Assembly (NCBI RefSeq): GCF_009914755.1
Contig: NC_060931.1
Source: the human T2T-CHM13v2.0 reference genome, Homo sapiens
DNA: 64,000 nt
Direction: 5' to 3' (one strand)
The translations under genes and the position numbers were made by a program. The notes under the pieces are model-generated. The model did not search any database, was not told where the DNA came from, and was given only the letters and a program-made list of their open reading frames with translations. The stretch's first letter is position 1. Each line of letters starts with the position of its first letter. Shown here in pieces: positions 25,847-40,250 of this stretch.

Positions 25847-28729
25847 ATGCCCAGCTGAACCTTGACAATAGCTGGAGATAACATTTTGCACAATTGACTC
25901 CCCCATCTCCTATTTTCATCGTCCTACTTTCTAGTTGAGTAAAAAGTATTCAGAGCAGTAGAAAGAAAAAAGTACCATAGAGAAATCAATTAGCCTTAAG
26001 TAATCCAGAACTTTCCAGTATGCTTTTCATTATGCCAATATATAATTCAGATATAATTTTAAAACATGTGTTCGTGGCAGGCACCTACACTGTGTTCAAA
26101 AAAATGATACATTTCCTAGACACCGATTGCTGCCCACCAATCACTCCAGGAATAGACCAAGAAGGTGGTTACAATGACTCCTCACTTAATTCTCATCTCA
26201 ATGTAATATGATCTTGTGTAAATTTAATTTACTCTTTTGATTATATTCAGGATCAAATCCTTTTTCTATCAATGTTTCCTAAAGCTCGAGTGGAAACCCA
26301 GATAAAAGAGAACATGGCAAATCTCATAATTACAGTAAAATATGTAACCCCAGATACTATGCTGCATCTTAAAATTAAAAATTTGAGGAAAAACAAGCAC
26401 ACACACAAAAAAAAAACACAACACCTGCCTCCAGAGTGTGGAGTGTGCTAGATTCAGTTGTAGTATTATTGTAGTAGGAACTGTCAACTGTTCAGAATGG
26501 GGCCGAGGCTGCTAACTTTATTTTGCCAAAGGACCCGAGAAATATTCAAGTCCGATAAGAATGATCATTGTATCCACTGAGTTGACTCCTACCTGGGAGA
26601 CGTGTCAATTCCCTGAGATGTGGACTTTCCTCTATGAGGTTTGCTGCTCATGGGCTGCATAACTAGGGTTCAGGCCATACTCTATATGCAAATTATTCCC
26701 ATAAAGCACTTTTAGAATTGGCATTATTCATCCTGTCTTAACATCATTAAGATCTGATAGAATCTCTTCTCCCTGCTTCATCATTTGTAATTGGAAAACA
26801 CAGGCAAACATACTAGATTTCTTCTTCCCCAATAACTACACAAACAAAAGACTGTTCAAGAGCGTGTTTGGGCGTTTGGTATTTAATTAAACATAATAGA
26901 GGAAATGAAGAGCCACAAAAGCACATCTTTGTTATACCTTGTAAATATTTCTGGTTACTAATGGGAATAACCTTGCTAACCTAACTGTCAATGACCATGT
27001 CAAAACTTCTCCTGACTCTTCTGACCTTTTTTTAGATATCGTAACTATTGTCCCTGTTGGTAGGAATTGACTGTTCCTGTTATTAAGGTTAAGGTTTCAA
27101 AATCTTCAGAGGAACTTCAGCAACTAATGCATTCGAATAGTATACATGTTTAAGTCAGCTGAAACTTCAACAATCAGTATTATAAATAGCAGCCGCTACC
27201 TCTCAGAAATAAACCAAATTCATAGTTTATGGGAAAATATATTCTGCTCACAATTTAAAATGCTGTACCTCTGCTAGCTTCTTAAATTATCTCTTCTCTC
27301 TTTTCCCTTGTCTCCTTCTTGCCTTCATTTCTCCTCTGTTTTTCAAGCATTCTTAGTTGACAAAGTCCTGATGCTCATTATGACTCATAAAATGTCTTTT
27401 CTGTGTATTATTGGCCTTAATATTTGAGAGCAAGGCAGCCCCTTTCAGCCTTCTCAATGGTGATGTTCCTCTGCCCTGGAACGAAAGCTCAGTGGCTTCT
27501 TGCTTCTTGACTTCTCTGGGTATCTCAGGTAACACAATCTTGTATAGCCACTTTAAATTGCAAATAAGATGTCCAGTTCCCTGACAACAGTCCCAGCTGC
27601 AACCCTAACTTAAAACGCCATTAGCAGCCCCAACTGGGGCTCCTTCCTGCTGCTTGCTGCTGTGGGAAAGGGTAGCCGGCCCCTCCTGCTCTCCCTGTTG
27701 GAATGGTTCCCGTCCTGCTCCAGCTTGCTAGTGATGCTCTCGACCAGTCAGGTTGAGGTGAGGAAAGGAGAGACCAGCGGATAAGAATAGCAGAAGGCTT
27801 CCTGCTCTCTGGACCAGCCATTGGCTCAGGCCAACTCTTGGGGGCACTTTCATGAGTTCTTTTGAGGCCCAGCTGAGACCTTTCATTGTTATGGGCACCA
27901 TGTTTTCTTCCAGCTGCCCCTTTCCTGCTCAGAGCTTGGTTTTCTCCAGATCTACTCTTCAAAGCCCTCTCTGGTGTTGTCCCAGTGGCCATTCCCCAAG
28001 GGGTCCTCTGGGACAGGATTTTAAATCATTCAGACCCATGATATTGAGCCCAGAGAAACACTCACACATCCTTACTCCTGCTATCATGGGAGAGTAGCTG
28101 GGGTCAATGGCAGGCAGTGATCTTTCTCACTCTCTTTGTGTCTCCCTCCCTCCTCTTCCTCCCTCTTCTTCTTCTCTCTCCCTCTCTCTCACCCTCCCTT
28201 TTTCTCTCTCCTCCCTCCTCAGCTCAAAAGCCATAGGCTCTCACCTTTTCATTCCTCAAGAATATTTCCCCCAAATTTGAGAGCACAATATTTATTCAGC
28301 CACTTTCATTATCCTTGAGGTAAGGAGAAAGCTCCCCATGCTCCACCTCTGGAAGTGAGGAAGACACAGATTTTTCAAAAATTCTGTGTCTATCCTCTTT
28401 GTCAAGGTCTGAGTTCTGGAACTGTCTAGCTGGTTTTCAGTAACCTCCTCTGTAAATCCAGCACATAGTCTAGTCCCTCCCCTGGAATGCAGCACCAGTT
28501 GGGTCTTGGTGCCCCCATGGAAACTTCCAACGTAGCATTCTATTATAAAACAGGGAAGATTAAATTATATTTCATAATAAGTTATTATCTTCTATTCATC
28601 ATGGTAAACAATTTCCACTTTAAAAAATATAACATTCAGAAGAATTCAAAAGAGCTTTTGCAATTTAGTGTAAATGCCCAGGAGTTACCACACAAGCATG
28701 TAAATAAAATTAAGCTACGAATGACCATT

Positions 28730-28925
28730 TATTATTGAACACTTATTTGGCTGGTAAACCACAGTGTTGAGTGCTTTGCATAGATTATCTTAGTTCTCAC
28801 AGTAACCTTATGAAGTGGACATTACTATTCCTATTTTACAGGTGAGTAGACTGAGATCCTAAGAGGTAAAGTAATTCACCAATGATCTCCTACTAGTTGG
28901 TGGCAAAGCCTGGCCTTAAATCCAG
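28730..28925. mobile_element. MIR relic
   Basis: tctcacagtaaccttatgaagt..attactattcctattttacaggtgag..actgag..gaggtaaagtaattcacc. Confidence 0.6.
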
Positions 28926-30377
28926 CCAGTGGGGAATTTTTTTTTCCTTGGTACACATCTTAAATTCTATTAAGGAGAATTACCTTTAATGGCTTTTAAG
29001 AAGCTTTTAGGGGAGAGGATTGTTTTTATTATTGTTATTGCTGTTTAAATAACATCAGTTTTCACGCAAATTATTCCTCTCTTAGTGTGACAGAAAGTGC
29101 CATTTTAAGGATCCTGACACCTCCAAGTTCTTTACTCTTGTCTGTGAGTGTGTTTCTAAAGTTGATACCAAACAGTATCAAGAATGGACAGAATGATGCT
29201 AGCGTTAAAAAAAATCTCTTGACCAAAATGTGCTGAGATTGTACAAATATTTGGGAAAGAATTGTCTCTGCTGATGGATTGAAAGACCTGAGGAAGTCAC
29301 CGATTTACAGCATTGATAGGTCTCCTTTTCTTACGTATATGGGCAACAAGATTACTTGTCAATTTGACGTCTGCAATCACATTCTCCATAACAGAGTTTA
29401 ACAACATATCATTGGCTATAACAATATGTGGCCTATCAGATGACTTGTCTGAATGCCCTGGGCTTTTGTGACAGAACCCTCAGACTGCTGCTGATGACAT
29501 GAACCCATCAGCAGTGAAAACATTCAGGACACTTTACCCACCATCAGTCATGATTCATCTCTATTGACTATCTCAACTAGACTGAGGCACTTGAGGGCAA
29601 TGTAAGGATAACCTCATGACCCAAAGGTGCTCCAGAGCCCTGAATTGCTGGGGTTTGCTACAACTGCAAGCTAATCTTCATTATGGCTTAAGTTATAATA
29701 GCTGCTGAATTAGTGATAGTCACATTTGGGCATAAGTCACTCAAGTTCTTATGGAAATGGGGATCTTTCAAATATGTGTGCTAGCAAACACTACTATTTG
29801 AATGATTTTTTTTAGTTGCTCTTATAATATGAACTTTATTCCTCTTTTGTGACTTATGCTCTTAACTCATTTAAGGAAAGAGATAGATGGACATTCACAG
29901 CAACAACCAAGTAAGTCCTGTTTCAGAGAAGCCAGAACTGTTTTAGGTCACAAATTATTATTACAATTACTGGTATGGGCCTTGGCCTGGTTAAAGCATT
30001 TTTCAGAGATGAATCACCACTGGTGGAGAATCGGGGCAAAGACATAGAGGATCATTGCAAACAATGCCTGAGCTATTTGCTGTGAGATTTACAGGGCAAT
30101 AACTTAACTGAAAAATTTCTAATGTTGCAACCTAGGCATAGAGTAGGCCATGCTTTTTGAATTGAAGCAAAAGTTAGTGAATCAAGCAAATCCTATGCCA
30201 AGGAGTCATTGAGGCATTTTGCTTCACACTTGGACACTAAGCAGCATCCTAGGTCTACAACTGATTTCCAGATCTGTAGTCCCTCACCACTTGAGTCCAT
30301 TCTGTCCACACAGTGACATTCACACAGAATAGCCCCATTTCAGCACTTCCCTACACTCCCGTCAAAACTCACTCATC

Positions 30378-30706
30378 AAGTTCATGTCCTTTGTAGGGAT
30401 GTGGATGAAGCTGGAAACGATCATTCTGAGCAAAGTATCGCAAGGACAGAAAACCAAACACCGCATGTTCTCGTCATAGGTGGGAATTGAACAATGAGAA
30501 CACTTACACACAGGGTGGGGAACATCACACACCAGGGCCTGTCGTAGGGTGGGGGGAGGGGGGAGGGATAGCATTAGGAGATATACCTAATGTAAATGAT
30601 GAGTTAATGGGTGCAGCACACCAACATGGCAGATGTATACAATGTTAGAAACCTGCACATTGTGCACATGTACCCTAGAACTTAAAGCATAATAATAATA
30701 AAAAAA
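30378..30706 (+). mobile_element. 5'-truncated L1PA (about L1PA5) 3' end
   Basis: L1 3'UTR with G-rich tract and A tail; perfect 14-bp TSD AAAACTCACTCATC at 30364-30377 and 30707-30720. Confidence 0.93.
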
Positions 30707-33700
30707 AAAACTCACTCATCGGAACCCCTTGGCTGGATGGAATTTGACCCTCCCAAGCTAACCTGTCTCAACCTTTTCTTGCATTCAACTCCCCATCCCC
30801 CATGTTTCTCACCTTTAGGCTGATCTCTTGTTTAGAATGGTTTCTCTGCCTTCCCCAAATCGTACCCAATCTCCAGACCCTGCTTGGCCCCCATTTCTTC
30901 TGTGAAGGCCTCTTGGACCATCCCCACCTTTCTTCCTCGGAAGTGACTCATTCATTCCCAATAGTCTTTTGCACAGTCACCACGTGGGTATAGAGATTTT
31001 TCTCAAAGAGTACTTGCTAACTCATTTGGTGCTCATCATTTCCACCCTTGGATTGTTGGAATCTCTGCATTCAAGGTACCTGTCTTGTTTACCCCTCCCC
31101 TGCCCCAGTTGCATCTTCTTGGCATCCTTCATGGCATTTGACACAGTGTTTACAGAGAGAAGCAGTATTAGGCTGCTCTGCAGGAATCCTCGGCATTTCA
31201 GGAGAACATAAATCTGTCTGGTACATTGAGTGGCTTGAACAGGAGTCACAGCCTAGTTGTCCGTGTGCTCAGTGGCAAATCCTTCCATCAGGACTTCTCC
31301 TAGCAGTAAATCTTAGCTTCTGGGAGCTGGGAAGTCAAACTCCAAAAGCATCCTGTTTCTACCTTCATTCTCAAAGAAGAGATTCCCCTACAGCCTTGTC
31401 AAACCTCCATTTTCATTTCCTGATTTAGTTGAAACATATGTAGATGCAAATACTTCCCTTGAATATCAAAAGGCCTTTAATTTAAAATATGATTTCCACA
31501 GATGAAATGGACAACTTCTCATGAGTACAGAGTCTCAGATCTTTGCCATCTCAGCTCCCCCAGTTCCATTCTTGCGACCTCTGTGAAGTCAAAGTCCATG
31601 GAGGAGTTCTGATTACATCTGTGGCCGTGCTAAAAGGAATCGGAGCCAGCATAAGCGAAATAGGCACATCAGAGAATATTTAGATGACACAATGTGTGAC
31701 CATCTTTACCCTTCAATGAATGGGAGCCAATTGAAACCAACATATTGTGATACATTCGGGAATATGACGAAATTCCCCATAATGCACTACTGAGTTTTTG
31801 ACACGTTGAGATGGTGACCCCAATGCCCCTGAAAGGGGAACAAAAATAAGAAATGCATAGTGCCACCAAAGGCTTCCTGACTTTAGAACTGCTCCTGACC
31901 CCCCACCTCCACCTCCAAGGCAGACTGTCTTTGTTAAAGGCACCAATAGTCAGGTCATTACAGATTCCTCTGGCTCTGACACTACTGTTATCCTATCCTT
32001 GATAAGTGATGCTCAGGCCTAGAAAAGAAGAAAGGACAGGGTGGGGAGGAACATAGGCAGCGCCATGTTTTAGTAATGTGCTGGCACAGTTGAAAGTGAG
32101 GTTGTGCTTAAGGAAGAGGCTGATGACTTGTTTGCATTTGCCTTTCTTCTTTCCACCCAGGAAGTAGGCAGAGTATTTCATTACTGCAGAGGTGAGCACA
32201 GGCTGGTGTCAATCTTCCCGGGACAGAACGCCTCTCTCTTCATCACAGTGTGTTCTGTAACTGTCATGTGCTGTGCTCACCCTGAACCATTCTCTCAGGC
32301 TACTTGCTCCCACTGGCTCTTAATCGCGCCGACACCCTGCCCCAAACAGGACCCACAGCCCTGCCCCGTAGATGCATCCAGCTTCCACAGGCTTTCAGCT
32401 CAGGCTGATAGGATGAAATGAGGCTGCAAAGGCCTAAGACACTGGGGAAGGCCAGAGTGGATGGGTCAGTGGCTGAGTTTTCATTGTGCATGTGTGGAAA
32501 GGGGAGTTATCCAACATAAGCTGAAGATGGGAGGCCTGTTCCTGGGCCTCTCTTACCTTGCCTGTGGGGTCACAGGAGCCAGCCTTTGAATCCTGGCTGT
32601 TTAATGCAAGACCACTCATCAATAAAGTACTTGCTATGATCTATTGATGTGGACGCCTCCTGACCTTGCCCACACTGATGGGACGTGCTCATTGCTGATG
32701 CTGCGGGCCAGGCATTGCGGGCTTGCTCAGTGAGACTGCAGCCCTGCCACACTCCCTAGGGGACAGCTGACCACTCTCACAGTAATTACCTGAACTTTAT
32801 TGGCCTCCATTGACAAATGCCGTTGATACTTGACATCCGCACAAGTCCTCCATTAGTGCCATCCCACAGGGGCTTTTGTGGTGGAAGCAATGGCATAGGG
32901 ATGAGGAGGCTTTCTCCAGCAAGATCTGTCACTGAATGGCATGGTCTTGCAATTCTCCTGTGGTTCCAGCTGCATCTGGAGTCCCAGTGACGGCTGAGTC
33001 TAGAAACCACTCAGTCAAAAAACATTTACTGAGAAACTATGTTCAAAGCACTGCTCAGGGTATTGTGTGGGTAGAAAGCAGTATCACTTACAAACCCAGC
33101 CCACCAGCAGCCTTTCATCTAGTGGGAAATTGCAAACAAGACACACAGTGTGTTTTCTAAGAGCTGGCACCCTCCAAGGTCCTCCATGCTGTGGGAGCTA
33201 GGGGGAAGGATGGAAAAGCGAGCACGTGGGGTCAGCCAGACCTGGACTGTAGCCCCAGATTGTCACTTACAAACACTTCTGTGAAGAGACTCAGCTGAGT
33301 TGCTTGGCCTCCCTGTGCCCCTGTGTCTTGTCTAGTAAGCAGAGGCATGACAAATATTACTTCACAGAGGTGTTGTAAGAATATAGAATGCAGAGGAATC
33401 ATATGTGTAAAAACACTTCCTGAGATCTTACTACTGTGTCCTGGTGGCCCCCAGGCCAGGTCACCAGATTTCACCTCTGAGAGCCAGAGCCCTTGAAGGC
33501 AACCGGAAAGCAGAGCTAGGTAACCATCCTACCGTGTGTGGAGGCAGAAAAGCATCCACACGGCCAGTGCCACGTCGCTTCTCAGGAGATGCCACCACAG
33601 TTGGAAATAGAGATCATGTTTTAGGTTTTTACAGATTACATCTGTCACTAACAGTGTGTCCCTAACAATATGGTCTCTATGTCCAGATTCTATGGACACC

Positions 33701-34655
33701 CAGTCTGTCCATTTGCTGTTTTTCTATTCATGGTGCCTTTCTCCTTGGCACAGTAATTGGATCTGGCCAGGCCCCTCCTGTGGTCAGTCCCCACGGTCCC
33801 TCGTTGAAGCCAGAAGCCACTGGATGCAGAGAAGAGCCTCCCCTGCCACCTGCCACAGAAGCCCCAAGCCCCTCACCTTTACGCCCTGGCTTTAAAACAC
33901 ATCATTTAAAAGGCACTTTCTTTCTGATTTCAGTCCTCAGTAGTCATTTCACCTCTATTTTAAGAGTTTCAAAAGCTTGTTTATAATCTCAATTCTCTCA
34001 AGCCTTCAGAAAGCTTAGGTCCCTTGACAAATGTGCCACAGTCAGTAAGTGGCACAGCTGGGAATGGAATCCTGTCACTCTGTCTCCAGAGCCCAGACTC
34101 TCCACCACTGTGAATACCAGGGTGTGTGAGGCCCCTAATCCTGCTGGGGGTATCGGGGAGCCCCTCCCCCGACATTGAGAGAGGAGCTGGATGTCGGTGG
34201 AGGGAAGGAGGCAGAGGAAAGAATGTCAAAGGATCCCCTAGTTCAGGAAGTGTGGAGCCCCCCGGGGTTGGGGGGTGGTGGGGATGCACTCTTCCCAGGT
34301 GGAAGAGGGCCTTGAGTGCTGTGAGAAGCCCATCCTCCCTCTGGTTCTGAGAGAAAGCAGATGTCAGACCTGCCCTGGCAAAAACCGCATGTTTATACCT
34401 TAACAGATGCTTGATTTTATTTTTAAATAAGATGTTTCTCCCTTCCATCACATGAACTCAGTTCGTGTGTACTTATCTCTGCTTTAGATGCCTGCCCCTG
34501 CCACCTTCTTCCACCACACCCCCCTCCAGAGCTGCTTGCAGATTCTGAGTCGGCTCCCAGGGAGCATCCTAGAGAGACCAGGCACTGCATGGTCTTCAGT
34601 TGCATGCACAGACCCTTCACCGAGCCAGCTCCTCACCTTTGGCCCTCTTTTGCAG

Positions 34656-34862
34656 ATTATCGGGACCATTCCACTGATGCCTAATCCGGGGCCATCGAGC
34701 CAAGCAGCAAGCGGCACTCAGGGCTTGCAAGTGCAGCCAATCACCCCCCAGCTCCTCACAAACGCCCAGGGCCAGATCATCGCCACAGTCATTGGGAACC
34801 AGATCCTGCCCGTGATCAACACCCAAGGCATCACGCTGTCACCCATCAAGCCCGGCCAGCAG
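34656..34862 (+). CDS. POU6F2: POU6F2 internal coding exon (207 nt, phase 0-0): IIGTIPLMPNPGPSSQ...QGITLSPIKPGQQ
   Basis: Acceptor ccctcttttgcag|ATT with upstream ctcac branch motif; donor CAG|gtaaat; coding-like GC3 bias; in frame with both neighbouring exons. Confidence 0.96.
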
Positions 34863-35339
34863 GTAAATGTTCCAGGCCAAGGCAGCCATGGCACAGGACA
34901 CTGTCCTTACCCAGCTTCTCCTCTTTGGTCTCAATCAATGAAAAGTAACTTTTACATTACAAAATAGTTGATCTCACTCATCTGAACATATCGATACTTA
35001 TAAAATGGCATGTAACTCTTTTTCATTCTTAATGAATATGGGTGATAACTAAATACCTCTTTAATATAAAAATAAGAATATATTAAATTACAAACAGAGA
35101 GAGTGCCCTAAAATTCAATAGGGATGTATTCTTATTAATCTGTGCTCAAGATACTTAATTTTCAGATTTTCAAAATGAGGTCAAAAAGAAACCAAGAACA
35201 CTCATGCCTTAACTGTGAATGAAAAAATTATTAAATATTAAGAGATCCCAAGGTGCTGCTGCTGAAACCACTGCCTACAAATGAGGAAATGAAAAATAGG
35301 AAGTTCTGCTTGGTTGAATTTCACAAAACCATGATGATC

Positions 35340-36165
35340 CGGTTAATTTTTCCATTCAAATATCAATTGAGAGCTTCCTGTGTATTTGTGCTAGAGATTG
35401 GGTCCACAGCACAGAAAAAGGTGTGGTCCCTGACCTCATGGAGTGTCTGGTTAATTGGCTCCTTCAACAAACATTTTGTGATAACCTACTGTATAGCAGG
35501 CCCCTGATAAATGTGAAGAAACAGAAATAAAGGAGAGATGCTTTCTGACTTTAGGGAGCTCATCACCCTGTAGAGGACACAGATTTATAAGCAGAATCTG
35601 TTGTGCAGTAGAGCAGAGACTGTCCTGTGACAGGGCAGGTATCACCACAGAGTTGGAAGTGACCAACTCTGCCCGGAGAGTTTTTAGTCATCCCAGAGAT
35701 AATGGCTTGGGAATGGAGTCCGGACAGCTGGGTATGAGATAACCAAGTAAACGAAGGGTTAATAACATTCCAAGCAGAGGGAACAGCAGGCACAAAGGCA
35801 GGGAAATGGGAAAGTGGATGGGGTGTTGAGAAACAGGAGAAAGGCTCATGTGATTGGAGCAGAGAGGAGGCAGAGGACATTCATAGAAGGGCTCTATAAA
35901 CAATCTAAAAAGGATGGACTTTTTCTCTGTGGGACCTTGAACACACTACATATCATCTTTGTGCCCCTGTTACCTCATTTGTAAAGTGGGGATACGCCAG
36001 TAGCTATCTCACAGGGTGGTTATGAGGATTAAATGAGTTAATATATATATGAAGTGGTCAGAATAGTGCCTGGCATACAGTAAGCACTAACATAGTTGTG
36101 ATGATAGTGATGATGATGATGATGGTGATGATGATTGTGATGGTGATGATGATGGTGATGATTTA
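35340..36165. mobile_element. L2 fragments plus a MIR with (GAT)n-like tail
   Basis: L2 motifs (gtccctgacctcatggag; cattccaagcagagggaacagcaggcacaaaggc); MIR about 35926-36100; GAT-rich repeat 36098-36162. Confidence 0.6.
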
Positions 36166-37050
36166 ATCTGCAGCCAAGCCCTGGAGATCTATGAGAGGTT
36201 TGTTTTTGGGTTTTTTTTTAACTTCTTCTAAAAAAAAAAGCAAAAACAAAAAACACAAAAAAAAATGAGATTCATGTGCAGAACGTGCAGGTTTGTTACA
36301 TAGGTATATGTGTGCCATGGTGGTTGCTGCATTTGTTGACCCATCCTCTAAGTTCCCTCCTCACATCCCACCCCCTAACAGGCCCTGGTGTGTGTTGTTC
36401 CCCTCTCTGTGTCCATCTGTTCTCAATGTTCAACTCCCCGTTATGAATGAGAACATGAGGTGTTTGGTTTTCTTTTCCTGTGTTAGTTTGCTGAGGATGA
36501 TGGCTTCCAGCTTCATCCATATCCCTGCAAAGGACATGACCTCATTCCTTTTTACGGCAGCATAGTATTCCATGGTGTATATGTACCACATTTTCCTTAT
36601 CCAGTCTATCATTGATGGGCATTTGGGTTGGTTCCACGTCTTTGCTATTATAAATAGTGCTGCAATAAATATACATGTGCATATGTCTTTACAGTAGAAA
36701 GATTTATATTCTTTTGGGTATATACCCAGTAATGGGATTGCGGGGTCAAATGATGTTCCAGGTTCTAGATCCTTGAGGAATTGCCATACTGTCTTCCATG
36801 ATGGTTGAACTAATTTACATTCCCACCAACAGTGTAAACATGTTCCTATCTCTCCACAGCCTCGTCAGCATCTATTGTTTCCTGACTTTTTAATAATCAC
36901 CATTCTGATTGGCATGAGATGGTATCTCATTGTGGTTTTCATTTGCATTTCTCTGATGATCAGTGATGTTGAGCTTTTTTTCATATGTTTGTTGGCTGTG
37001 TAAATGTCTTCTTTTGAGAAGTCTGTTCATATCCTTCGCCCACTTTTTCA

Positions 37051-37218
<168 letters not shown>

Positions 37219-37228
37219 TCATTTGTCA

Positions 37229-37483
<255 letters not shown>

Positions 37484-38508
37484 TCAGGTTTGTCCAGGAT
37501 CAGATAGTTTTAGATGTGTAGTGTTATTTCTGAGGTCTCTATTGTGCTCCATTGGTCTATATATCTGTTTTGGTGCCAGTACCACGCTATTTTGGTTACT
37601 GTAGCCTTCTAGGATAGTTTGAAGTGAGGCGGAGTGATGCCTCCAGTTTTGTTCTTTTTGCTTAGGATTGTCTTGGCTATATGGGGTCTTCTTTGATTCC
37701 ATATGAAATTTAAAATAGTTTTTTCTAATTCTGTGAAGAATGTCAGTGGTAGTTTGATGGGTATAGCATTGAATCTATAAATTACTCTGGGCAGTATGGC
37801 CATTTTCACAATATTGATTCTTCCTATCCAAAAGGATGGAACGTTTTTCCATTTGTTTGTGTCTTCTCTTATTTCATTGAGCAGTGGTTTGTAGTTCTCC
37901 TTGAAAAGGTCCTTCATATCCCCTGTTAGCTGTATTCCTAGGTATTTTATTCTCTTTGTAGTGATTGTGAATGGGAGTTCATTCATGATTTGGCTCTCTG
38001 CTTGTCTATTGTTTGTGTAAAAGAATGCTTGTAATTTTGCACATTGATTTTGTTCCTGAGACTTTGCTGAACTTGCTTATCAGTTTAAGGAGTTTTGGGG
38101 CCGAGACGATGGGGTTTTCTAAATATAAAACATGTCGTCTGCAAGCAGAGACAATTTGACTTCCTCTTTTCCCATTTGAATACCCTTTATTTTCCTCTCT
38201 CGCCTCATTGCCCTGGCCAGAACTTCCAATACTATGTTGAATAGGAGTGGTGAGAGAGGGCATCCTTGTCTTGTACCAGTTTTCAAAGGGAATGCTTCCA
38301 GCTTTTGCCCATTCAATATGATATTGGCTGTGGGTTTGTCATAAATAGCTCTTACTATTTTGAGATATGTTCCATCAATACCTAGTTTATTGAGAGCTTT
38401 TAACATGAAGGGATGTTGAATTTTATCAAAGGCTTTTTGTGCATCTATTGAGATAATCATGTGGTTTTTGTCTTTGATTCTCTTTATGCAATGGATTACG
38501 CTTATTCA

Positions 38509-38631
<123 letters not shown>

Positions 38632-39523
38632 TCATCAGGAATATTGGCCTGAAGTTTTCTTTTTGTGTTGTGTCTCTTCCCGGTTGTGGTATCAGGATGG
38701 TGCTGGCTTCATAAAATTAGTTAAGGAGGAGTCCCTCCTTTTCAATTGTTTGGAATAGTTCCAGAAGCAATGATACCAGCTCCTCTTTGTATTTCTGGTA
38801 GAATTCAGCTGTGACTCCATGTGGTCCTGGGCTTTTTTTGGTTGGTAGGCTATTAATTACTGCCTCAATTTCAGAACTTGTTATTGGTCTATTCAGGGAT
38901 TTGACTTCTTCCTGGTTTAGTCTTGGGAGGGTGTATGTGTCCAGGAATTTATTCATTTCTTCTAGATTTTCTAGTTTATTTGTGTAGAGATGTTTATAGT
39001 GTTACCTGGTGGTAGTTTGTATTTCTGTGAGATCAGTGGTGATATCCCCTTTATCACTTTTTATTGTATCTGTTTGATTCTTCTCTTTTTTCTTCTTTAT
39101 TAATCTAGCTAGTGGTCTACCTATTTTGTTAATTTTTTTCAAAAAACCAGCTCCTGGATTCATTAATTTTTGGAAGGATTTTTCTTGTCTCTATCTCCTT
39201 CAATTCTTCTCTGATCTCAGTTATTTCTTGTCTTCTGCTAGCTTTTGGATTAGTTTCCTCTTGCCTCTCTAGTTCTTAATTGTGATGTTAGGGTGTCGAT
39301 TTGAGAACTTTCTAGCTTTCTGATGTGAGCATTTAGTGGTATAAATTTCCCCCCTTAACACTGCCTTAGCTGTGTCCCAGAGATTCTGGTACGTTGTGTC
39401 TTTGTTCTCATTAGTTTCAAAGAACTTCTTGATTTCTGCCTTAATTTCCTTATTTACCCAGGAGTCATCTAGGAGCAGGTTGTTCAATTTCCATGTAATC
39501 ATGTGGTTTTGAGTGAGTTTCTT

Positions 39524-40250
39524 TTTTTTTTATTATTATACTTTAAGTTCTAGGGTACATGTGCACAACGTGCAGGTTTGTTCCATATGTATACATGTGC
39601 CATGTTGGTGTGCTACACCCATTAACTCGTCATTTACATTAGGTATATCTCCTAATGCTATCTCTCCCCCATCCCCCTACCCCACAACAGGCCCCGGTGT
39701 GTGATGTTCCCCTTCCTGTGTCCAAGTGTTCTCATTGTTCAATTCCCACCTATGAGTAAGAACATGCGATGTTTGGTTTTTTGTCCTTGTGATAGTTTGC
39801 TGAGAATGATGGTTTCCAGCTTCACCCATGTCCCTACAAAGGACATGAACTCATCCTTTTTTGTGGCTGCATAGTATTCCATGGTGCATATGTGCCACAT
39901 TTTCTTAATCCAGTCTATCATTGATGGACATTTGGGTTGTTCCAAGTCTTTGCTGTTGTGAGTAGTGCCGCAATAAACATACATGTGCATGTGTCTTTAT
40001 AGCAGCATGATTTATAATCATTTGGGTATATACCCAGTAATGGGATGGCTGGGCCGAAATGCAAATCAAAACCACAATGAGATACCATCTCACACCAGTT
40101 AGAATGGCGATCATTAAAAAGTCAGGAAACAACAGGTGCTGGAGAGGATGTGGAGAAATAGAAACACTTTTGCACTGTTGGTGGGACTGTAAACTAGTTC
40201 AACCATTGTGGAAGACAGTGTGGTGATTCCTCAAGGATCTAGAACTAGAA
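39524..40250 (-). mobile_element. Nested younger L1 (about L1PA4) 3' fragment with 5' inversion
   Basis: Minus-strand 3' part 39524-~40053, plus-strand part ~40056-40250; TSD TGAGTTTCTT at 39514-39523 and 40251-40260. Confidence 0.9.

Noticed and set aside
27570-28100. GC-richer segment that might be an old LTR, with a 123-aa minus-strand ORF
   Set aside because: No termini, TSD or family motif I could identify; the ORF resembles nothing I recognise
34264-34282. G-rich run as a G-quadruplex
   Set aside because: Only three runs of three or more G; not a canonical G4
34488-34967. 159-aa ORF as a single-exon gene (likewise 8208-8399 and 53140-53436)
   Set aside because: Only the portions between splice sites match POU6F2; the flanks are intronic read-through
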